Source: an uncultured Oscillospiraceae bacterium (GTDB lineage: Bacteria > Bacillota > Clostridia > Oscillospirales > Oscillospiraceae). From it: DNA of 64,000 bases. Under the pieces are notes generated by a model. It was not told the DNA's origin. It saw only the letters and a program-made list of their open reading frames with translations, and did not search any database. Positions 38,611 through 45,491 of the stretch are shown here, piece after piece. Location: assembly GCA_934660965.1 (NCBI GenBank), contig CAKUIM010000007.1, positions 1,532 to 65,531 of the forward strand, given 5' to 3'. A program made the position numbers and the translations under genes. Position 1 is the stretch's first letter; each line of letters opens with the position of its first letter.

Positions 38611-38955
38611 ATGAAACTGGAGGAAGTCCGCCGTATTCTCTGCGCCGATGTGCTGTGCGGAGAGGAAGCCCTCGACCAGGAGGTCAGCTCCGCCTGCGGC
38701 AGCGATTTCATGAGCGATGTCCTGACCTTTGTCAGCCCCCAGCCCTCCCTTCTGCTCACCGGCCTTGTCAACCCCCAGGTGATCCGCACCGCAGACATGG
38801 TGGATGCACGCTGCATCGTATTTGTCCGGGGAAAGGTCCCCGACGCGGATATGCTGGAGCTGGCCCGCCAGCGCCAGATGGTGGTGATGGCCACAGCCCT
38901 GCGCATGTACCCGGCCTGCGGCCTTCTCTACACCGCCGGCCTGCGGGGGGACTGA
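38611..38955 (+). CDS. DRTGG-domain protein (first of two)
   Basis: 114 aa. MKLEEVRRILCADVLCGEEALDQEVSSACGSDFMSDVL...LLLTGLVNPQVIRTADMVDARCIVFVRGK. This pattern is typical of the small DRTGG proteins found next to [FeFe]-hydrogenase loci. Confidence 0.75.
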   Translation: MKLEEVRRILCADVLCGEEALDQEVSSACGSDFMSDVLTFVSPQPSLLLTGLVNPQVIRTADMVDARCIVFVRGKVPDADMLELARQRQMVVMATALRMYPACGLLYTAGLRGD

Positions 38956-38959
38956 CGGC

Positions 38960-39385
38960 ATGGAGAGCATCCGCCTGACCTACGCCGTGGCGGGAGGGGA
39001 TCTGACCATGGCGGGGGAGGCCTCCAGCCAGGTCAAGCAGACCCTGCGCAAGCTGGCGCTGGACGCCGATACCATCCGCCGGGTGTCCGTGTGCATGTAC
39101 GAGGGTGAGATCAATATGGTCATCCACGCAAACGGCGGCACCGCCACGGTGGAAATCGGCCTTGATGACATCACCATCACCCTGGCCGACTCCGGCCCGG
39201 GCATCCCCGACGTGGACCTTGCCATGAAGGCGGGCTACTCCACCGCCAGCGCGGTGGCCCGTGACCTGGGCTTCGGCGCCGGCATGGGCCTTCCCAACAT
39301 GAAAAAATACAGCGATGAGATGACCATCGAATCCACCGTAGGGGTGGGCACCACGGTCACGCTGCTCATCCGTATTCCGCAATAG
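38960..39385 (+). CDS. GHKL-type ATP-binding protein (SpoIIAB/RsbW-like 'anti-sigma regulatory factor' fold), no DHp/His domain
   Basis: 141 aa. N-box YEGEINMVIHA, G1 DSGPGI, G2 GFGAGMGLPNM. Confidence 0.75.
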   Translation: MESIRLTYAVAGGDLTMAGEASSQVKQTLRKLALDADTIRRVSVCMYEGEINMVIHANGGTATVEIGLDDITITLADSGPGIPDVDLAMKAGYSTASAVARDLGFGAGMGLPNMKKYSDEMTIESTVGVGTTVTLLIRIPQ

Positions 39386-39428
39386 CCCCGGGCGCGCCCA
39401 GCGCCCCTTGTCATGGGAGGTGTTTCCT

Positions 39429-40778
39429 ATGCGCCACTCCGTGGCCCTTGATCTGAAAAAATGCCGGGGCTGCACCACCTGCATCAAAAGCTGCCCCACC
39501 GAGGCCATCCGGGTCCGCAACGGCAAGGCCACCGTCCTGCCCAACCGCTGCATCGACTGCGGCACCTGCATCCGGGTATGCCCCCACAAGGCAGTGCAGT
39601 CCCTGTGCGACACGCTCCGCGACCTGCAGGACTATCCCTACACCGTGGCCGTGCCCGACCCGGCGCTTTACGGCCAGTTCCAGAATCTGGACGACCGGGA
39701 GATCATTCTTAACGCCCTGCCCGCCCTGGGCTTTGACGAGGTGTTCGAGTCCGCCGCCGCCAGCGAGCTGCTCTCCGACGCCGCCCGGCAGCGCATCCAA
39801 AACGGAGAGGGCCGTGTCCTGCCTGAGATCTCCTCCGCCTGCCCGGCGGTCGTGCGGCTCATTTCCATCCGTTTCCCCAAGCTCATCAGCCACATCGCCC
39901 CCATCGTCACCCCCTCGGAGCTTGCCGCCATCCTCGCCCGCAAACGGGCCGCGGAGGCCACCGGCCTTCCGCCGGAGCAGATCGGGGTGTTCTCCATCGT
40001 CCCCTGCTCCTCCCTTGTCACCGCCGCCCACTCGCCGGTGGGCCTTGACAAGCCGGTGCTCAACGGCGCCTTCGCCATCCGGGACGTGTATCTTGCCCTG
40101 CTGGAGCCCATGCGCCGGCTGGACCCGGAGGCCCTGCGCCCCCTGTCCCGCTCGGGTATTATGGGGGTAAGCTGGGCCTACGCCGGGGGCGAGTCCGCCT
40201 CCCACCTGCGGGAGCGCTATGTGGCGGTAGACGGCATCGACAATGTCATCAGGATGCTCGAGGACATTGAGGACGGCCGCTTCCCCGAGGCGGACTTTGT
40301 GGAACTGCGCGCCTGCACCCAGGGCTGCGTGGGGGGCTGCCTGAACGTGGAGAACCCCTTCGGCGCCAAAATGCGCCTGAAAAAGGTCATGCATGAGCTG
40401 CCCGTTTCCCGGACGGAAATCGCCGGCCAGGCCGACGCCCTGGACATCCTCCGCTCCGCTCGCCGCCCGGAATTTCTCCCCGCCCTGCAGCTCGACTCCA
40501 ACCGGCTGCGGGCCATGGAAAAGATGACCCGCATCCAGGCCCTGGAGCGGCAGCTGCCCGGCCTGCGCTGCGGCTCCTGCGGCGCCCCCTCCTGCCACGC
40601 CTTCGCCGAGGACGTGGTCATGGGCCGGGCCCGGGAGGATGACTGCATCTTCAAGGTGCGCGAGCGCATGCAGCACATGACCGGCGCGCCGGACGCAGAT
40701 GACTATCTGCCCGCTCCCTTCCGCCGCCCCCATGAGAGCTCCGGCTCCGGCCCCGACTCCGTCTCCTCCCGCCGCTGA
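39429..40778 (+). CDS. [FeFe]-hydrogenase-like protein: 2x[4Fe-4S] ferredoxin N-terminus, Fe-hydrogenase large-subunit C-domain with degenerate H-cluster motifs, C-terminal PF04060-type Fe-S domain
   Basis: Start at ATG 39429 after GGGAGGTG. CRGCTTCIKSCP and CIDCGTCIRVCP. L1-like ISSACPAVV, L2-like IVPCSS, L3-like ELRACTQGCVGGC. C-terminal LRCGSCGAPSCHAFAEDVV...DDCIF. Confidence 0.8.
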   Translation: MRHSVALDLKKCRGCTTCIKSCPTEAIRVRNGKATVLPNRCIDCGTCIRVCPHKAVQSLCDTLRDLQDYPYTVAVPDPALYGQFQNLDDREIILNALPALGFDEVFESAAASELLSDAARQRIQNGEGRVLPEISSACPAVVRLISIRFPKLISHIAPIVTPSELAAILARKRAAEATGLPPEQIGVFSIVPCSSLVTAAHSPVGLDKPVLNGAFAIRDVYLALLEPMRRLDPEALRPLSRSGIMGVSWAYAGGESASHLRERYVAVDGIDNVIRMLEDIEDGRFPEADFVELRACTQGCVGGCLNVENPFGAKMRLKKVMHELPVSRTEIAGQADALDILRSARRPEFLPALQLDSNRLRAMEKMTRIQALERQLPGLRCGSCGAPSCHAFAEDVVMGRAREDDCIFKVRERMQHMTGAPDADDYLPAPFRRPHESSGSGPDSVSSRR

Positions 40779-40828
40779 CCGCCCCCGCTCCCTTTCGTGC
40801 TCCAAAATCCCTCTGCATAAGAAAGGCA

Positions 40829-41188
40829 GTGATCCCCTTGACTGTTGCACAGCTCATTGATCGCCTGGACCTTGGCGTTTTCCATCTTGCCGACCCAGAC
40901 GCCGCCGTCCTGGGCGGCTACTGCGGCGACCTTCTAAGCTGGGTCATGGGCCGCGCCGTCGAAGGCGAGGCGTGGCTTACCATCATGAGCAATATAAACG
41001 TGGCGGCGGTGGCCTCCCTGGCCGGAGCGCCCTGCGTCATCCTCACCGAGGGCGTGCCCCCCGACCCGCCCCTGCTCGCGCGCGCCCGGGAGCAGGGTGT
41101 CACCCTTCTGGGCACCGGGCTTTCCACCTACCGGTGCGCCGCCGCCCTCTCCAATGCCCTCTCGCAGCCGCCGGAAGGCCGGATCTGA
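40829..41188 (+). CDS. DRTGG-domain protein (second)
   Basis: 119 aa with a GTG start. ...GGYCGDLLSWVMGRAVEGEAWLTIMSNINVAAVASLAGAPCVILTEGVPP... Confidence 0.7.
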   Translation: MIPLTVAQLIDRLDLGVFHLADPDAAVLGGYCGDLLSWVMGRAVEGEAWLTIMSNINVAAVASLAGAPCVILTEGVPPDPPLLARAREQGVTLLGTGLSTYRCAAALSNALSQPPEGRI

Positions 41189-41192
41189 CGCC

Positions 41193-41906
41193 ATGCCGGA
41201 CTACTTCTTCGACCTGCATCTTCATAGCTGCCTGTCCCCCTGCGGCGGCGAGGAAATGACCCCCTGCGACCTTGCCGCCATGTGCGCCCTGGCCGGACTC
41301 CAGATCGTCGCCCTCACTGACCACAACACCGCCGGCAACTGCGCCGCCTTCTGCGCCGCAGCCCGCCGCTGCGGCCTGCTGGCCCTGCCCGGCATGGAGC
41401 TCACCACCCGGGAGGAGGTCCATGTGGTGTGCCTCTTCCCCGGCCTTGCCGAAGCCGAAGCTTTCTCCCGAACGGTGCGCGCCCTGCTGCCCCCCATCCC
41501 CAACGATCCCGCCGTGTTCGGCCCCCAGCTCCTCATGGACGACCGGGACCGCATCCTCGGAGAGGAGACCGCCCTGCTCGCCGGCGCCGCCGACATCGGC
41601 GTGTACGAGGCCGCCCGGGCGGTGGAGGCCCTCGGGGGCGTCGCCTACCCCGCCCATATCGACCGGCCGTCCTTCTCCCTGCTTGCAAGCCTCGGCCTGT
41701 GGGACCCGGCCCTGGGCTTCCCTCTGGCGGAGATCTCCCCCCATTGCCCGCCGGAGCTGCTGCGCCGGCGCGACCTTGCCGGGGTGCGCACCATCACCGC
41801 CTGCGATGCCCACTATCTCCACCAGATTCCCGACGCCCACCAGACCATGTTCCTGTCCGCCCTCACCCCCGAGGCCGTGCTGGAATGGCTGCGCCGGAGC
41901 GGCTGA
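41193..41906 (+). CDS. PHP-domain (polymerase/histidinol-phosphatase family) metal-dependent phosphoesterase
   Basis: Trimmed to MPDYFFDLHLHSCLSPCGG... Then LTDHNT, PGMELTTREEVHVVCLF, AYPAHIDR, TACDAHYL. Confidence 0.75.
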   Translation: MPDYFFDLHLHSCLSPCGGEEMTPCDLAAMCALAGLQIVALTDHNTAGNCAAFCAAARRCGLLALPGMELTTREEVHVVCLFPGLAEAEAFSRTVRALLPPIPNDPAVFGPQLLMDDRDRILGEETALLAGAADIGVYEAARAVEALGGVAYPAHIDRPSFSLLASLGLWDPALGFPLAEISPHCPPELLRRRDLAGVRTITACDAHYLHQIPDAHQTMFLSALTPEAVLEWLRRSG

Positions 41907-42040
41907 CGGCCCCTCACCCCTTCCAAACTCTCCGCCAGGCCCGTGGCCCGGCATCTCCCGGCTCCCTCCCCGCCGCAAGGCGGACTTGACTTATTTTCCG
42001 CCCTCATTCCCCTGAGTTTTGTGCCGAAACTCAGACTATT

Positions 42041-42069
42041 TTGCTGGGAATTCGGAAAATTCTTATAAA
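42041..42069 (+). promoter_or_regulatory. Sigma-A type promoter candidate for the hydrogenase operon
   Basis: TTGCTG, 17 nt, TATAAA in the AT-rich gap. Leaves a ~160-nt leader before ATG 42235. Confidence 0.4.
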
Positions 42070-42234
42070 ATATTTGTCAAATTTATGTAGTTAGCCTTTA
42101 CTAACCCTCTGCCACTGTGTTAAACTTATAACGATTGGACGGGCGGTTGTTAAAAAATAACGGCCGCCCTGTTCCATTACCCAGGAAACCCTGACCGCCC
42201 CTGCCCGGTCAAACCATTATAAGGAGGAACCACT

Positions 42235-42738
42235 ATGCCCAACTGCAAAACCGCAGTCCCGTACCGGCCCGACCCGGAGCGGGAGGAGCGCCTGCGCCAG
42301 GTCATTGCGGAACACAAAGGCCAGAGCGGCGCCACCATGCCCGTTCTTCAGGCCGCGCAGAATATCTTCGGATATCTGCCGGAGGAGGTCCAGATCATGA
42401 TCGCCGAGGGGCTGGACATTCCCCTGTCCGAGGTCTACGGCGTTGCCACCTTCTACTCCCTGTTCACCCTCAACCCCAAGGGCAAATACAAGATCTCCGT
42501 GTGTCTCGGCACCGCCTGCTATGTCAAGGGCGCCGGCGACGTGCTGGAGGCCGTTGAAAAAAAGCTCAATATCGCCCCCGGCGGCATCACGGCGGACGGC
42601 CTGTTCTCCCTGGAGGCCTGCCGCTGCATCGGCGCGTGCGGTCTGGCCCCCGTCATGACCATCAATGAGGATGTCTACGGCCGGCTCACCCCCGCCCAGA
42701 TCGGCCCCATCCTGGATCAGTACATTCAGAAGGGATGA
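42235..42738 (+). CDS. hydC: NuoE-like [2Fe-2S] subunit of a multimeric [FeFe]-hydrogenase (HydC/HndA type)
   Basis: 167 aa. ...VCLGTACYVKGAGDVLE..., LEACRCIGACGLAPVMTINEDVYGRL. Confidence 0.88.
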   Translation: MPNCKTAVPYRPDPEREERLRQVIAEHKGQSGATMPVLQAAQNIFGYLPEEVQIMIAEGLDIPLSEVYGVATFYSLFTLNPKGKYKISVCLGTACYVKGAGDVLEAVEKKLNIAPGGITADGLFSLEACRCIGACGLAPVMTINEDVYGRLTPAQIGPILDQYIQKG

Positions 42739-43286
42739 AGGAGCTCTCCCTTCACCTTCTTGACATTGCGCAGAACTCCCTTGCCGCCGGTGCGCAGCAC
42801 CTGGACATCTCCCTCACCGAGGACGGCGCGGGCCGGCTGGAGATCACCGTCTCCGACGACGGCCGGGGCATGACGCCGGAGCTGCTCGCGCGCGTCACCG
42901 ACCCCTTCACCACCACCCGCACCACCCGGAAGGTGGGCCTTGGTCTGCCCCTCTACCGCCTGGCGGCGGAGCAGACCGGCGGCAGCCTTGCCATCCAGAG
43001 CGCCGTGGGCCGCGGCACCGTTGTCACCGCGGTATTCTGCCGCACCCACCTGGACTGCCCCCCGCTGGGGGACCTGGCCGGGACGGTGGCGCTGCTCATC
43101 CAGGGCAGCCCCGGCGTCAGCCTCACCTACCGGCACACCACCCCCTCCGGCGCCGCAGCGCTCTCCACCGCGCAGCTCACCGACGCCCTGGGGGAGGACG
43201 TGAGCCTGTCAGAGCCGGCAGTCTTTGCATGGATCCGCGACTATCTCTCCGAGCAGGAAGCCCAAATAGAAGGAGCTGAATCATAA
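42735..43286 (+). CDS. GHKL-type ATP-binding protein embedded in the hydrogenase operon
   Basis: 183 aa. HLLDIAQNSLAAGA (N-box), DDGRGM (G1), GLGLPL (G2). No His-phosphotransfer domain. ATGA overlap with hydC. Confidence 0.75.
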   Translation: MKELSLHLLDIAQNSLAAGAQHLDISLTEDGAGRLEITVSDDGRGMTPELLARVTDPFTTTRTTRKVGLGLPLYRLAAEQTGGSLAIQSAVGRGTVVTAVFCRTHLDCPPLGDLAGTVALLIQGSPGVSLTYRHTTPSGAAALSTAQLTDALGEDVSLSEPAVFAWIRDYLSEQEAQIEGAES

Positions 43287-43288
43287 TA

Positions 43289-43657
43289 ATGAAGAGCCTG
43301 GAAGAACTCAAAGCCATTCGTGAAAAGATGAAGAAGCAGATGGACCTGCGGGACAGCGACGACAGCAATATCCGCGTGGTCGTCGGCATGGCCACCTGCG
43401 GCATCGCCGCCGGCGCCCGCCCTGTGCTGTCCGCCTTCCTGGAGGAGGTTGACAAGCGGGGCCTCCAGAACATCACCGTCTCTCAGACCGGCTGCATCGG
43501 CGTGTGCCGTCTGGAGCCCATTGTGGAGGTCTTTGTCCCCGGCCAGGAGAAGGTCACCTACGCCAAGGTCAAGCCCGAGATGGTCCCCATCATCGTGGAG
43601 CAGCACCTGGTCAACCACAACGTGGTCACCGATTTCACCATCGGCGCTGCCGAATAA
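43289..43657 (+). CDS. Thioredoxin-like [2Fe-2S] ferredoxin domain protein (HndB type)
   Basis: 122 aa. ...VVVGMATCGIAAGA..., SQTGCIGVCRLEPIVEV. Confidence 0.8.
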   Translation: MKSLEELKAIREKMKKQMDLRDSDDSNIRVVVGMATCGIAAGARPVLSAFLEEVDKRGLQNITVSQTGCIGVCRLEPIVEVFVPGQEKVTYAKVKPEMVPIIVEQHLVNHNVVTDFTIGAAE

Positions 43658-43671
43658 GGAGGTAAGTTCAC

Positions 43672-45474
43672 ATGAATCACATCCGCTGCCACATTATGGT
43701 GTGCGCCGGTACCGGCTGTACCTCCTCCGAAAGCCCCAAGATCATCGATGCCTTTGAGCGCGAGCTCAAGGCCGCCGGCGTGGACAGCGAGGCCAAGGTC
43801 GTCAAGACCGGCTGCTTCGGCCTGTGCGCCATGGGGCCCATCGTCATGGTGTTCCCCGAGGGCGCCTGCTACACCCGCGTCACCGCCGACGACGTGCCCG
43901 AGATCGTCTCCGAGCACATTGTCAAGGGCCGCATCGTAGAGCGTCTGCTCCACATGGACGGCGACGCCGGCGAGACTGTCACCTCCCTTGCCGACACCCA
44001 GTTCTATAAGCACCAGATGCGCATTGCCCTGCGCCACTGCGGCGTCATCGACCCCGAGTCCATCGACGAGTACCTGGGCGTCAACGGCTACACCGCCCTC
44101 GAGCGCGTCCTCACCGAGAAGATCCCCCCTCAGGAGATCATCGACTCCCTGAAGAAGTCCGGCCTGCGCGGCCGCGGCGGCGCGGGCTTCTCCACCGGCA
44201 TGAAGTGGCAGTTCACCTACGACGCCGTCAGCCCCGACGGCATCAAGTACGTCTGCTGCAACGCCGACGAGGGCGACCCCGGCGCCTTTATGGACCGCTC
44301 CATCCTGGAGGGCGACCCCTTCTCCGTCATCGAGGCCATGACCATCGCCGGCTACACCGTGGGCTCCAACCAGGGCTACATCTACATCCGCGCCGAGTAC
44401 CCCATCGCCGTCAAGCGCCTGGAGATCGCCATCGCCCAGGCCCGGGACTACGGCCTGCTGGGCGAGAACATTCTGGGCAGCGGCTTCTCCTTCAACCTGG
44501 AGCTGCGCCTGGGCGCCGGCGCCTTTGTGTGCGGCGAGGAGACCGCCCTGATGACCTCCATCGAGGGCCACCGCGGCGAGCCCCGTCCCCGTCCTCCCTT
44601 CCCCGCCGTCAAGGGCCTGTTCGCCCGTCCCACCCTCCTCAACAACGTGGAGACCTACGCCAACATCACCTGGATCCTCCTCAACGGCTGGGAAAAGTTT
44701 GCCGAGATCGGCACCGAGAAGTCCAAGGGCACCAAGGTGTTCGCCCTGGGCGGCAAGATCACCAACACCGGCCTTGTGGAGGTGCCCATGGGCACCACGC
44801 TGCGCACCATCATCGAGGACATCGGCGGCGGCATCCCCAACGGCAAGAAGTTCAAGGCCGCCCAGACCGGCGGCCCCTCCGGCGGCTGCATCCCCGCCGA
44901 GCTCATCGACACCCCCATCGACTATGACTCCCTCACCGCCATCGGCTCCATGATGGGCTCCGGCGGCCTGATCGTCATGGACGAGGACAACTGCATGGTG
45001 GACATCGCCAAGTTCTTCCTGGAATTCTGCGTGGACGAGTCCTGCGGCAAGTGCGTGCCCTGCCGCATCGGCACCAAGCGTCTTTACGACCTGCTGTGCA
45101 AGATTACCGACGGCAAGGGCACCCTGGAGGACCTTGACACCATCGAGGAGCTGTGCCACCACCTGAAGGACTCCGCCCTGTGCGCTCTGGGCCAGTCCGC
45201 CCCCAACCCGGTGCTGTCCACCCTGAAGTATTTCCGGGAGGAGTACATCGCCCACGTTGTGGAGAAGCGCTGCCCTGCCGGCGTGTGCCGGAACCTGCTG
45301 CACTACGAGATCCAGGCAGACAAGTGCAAGGGCTGCACCCTGTGCGCCCGCAGCTGCCCGGTGGGCGCCATCACCGGCGCGGTGCGCGCCCCCCATGTCA
45401 TCGACCAGGACAAGTGCATCAAGTGCGGCCTGTGCCAGAGCAACTGCCGCTTTGACGCCATTGTCAAGCACTAA
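43672..45474 (+). CDS. hydB: NuoF-like FMN/NAD(P)H-binding subunit of a multimeric [FeFe]-hydrogenase (HydB/HndC type)
   Basis: 600 aa. N-terminal 2Fe-2S CAGTGC...CFGLCAMGP. GLRGRGGAGFSTGMKW, NADEGDPGAFMDR, ESCGKCVPCR, and C-terminal 2x[4Fe-4S] CKGCTLCARSCP/CIKCGLCQSNC. Confidence 0.92.
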   Translation: MNHIRCHIMVCAGTGCTSSESPKIIDAFERELKAAGVDSEAKVVKTGCFGLCAMGPIVMVFPEGACYTRVTADDVPEIVSEHIVKGRIVERLLHMDGDAGETVTSLADTQFYKHQMRIALRHCGVIDPESIDEYLGVNGYTALERVLTEKIPPQEIIDSLKKSGLRGRGGAGFSTGMKWQFTYDAVSPDGIKYVCCNADEGDPGAFMDRSILEGDPFSVIEAMTIAGYTVGSNQGYIYIRAEYPIAVKRLEIAIAQARDYGLLGENILGSGFSFNLELRLGAGAFVCGEETALMTSIEGHRGEPRPRPPFPAVKGLFARPTLLNNVETYANITWILLNGWEKFAEIGTEKSKGTKVFALGGKITNTGLVEVPMGTTLRTIIEDIGGGIPNGKKFKAAQTGGPSGGCIPAELIDTPIDYDSLTAIGSMMGSGGLIVMDEDNCMVDIAKFFLEFCVDESCGKCVPCRIGTKRLYDLLCKITDGKGTLEDLDTIEELCHHLKDSALCALGQSAPNPVLSTLKYFREEYIAHVVEKRCPAGVCRNLLHYEIQADKCKGCTLCARSCPVGAITGAVRAPHVIDQDKCIKCGLCQSNCRFDAIVKH

Positions 45475-45491
45475 GGGAAGGAGTGACGAAC

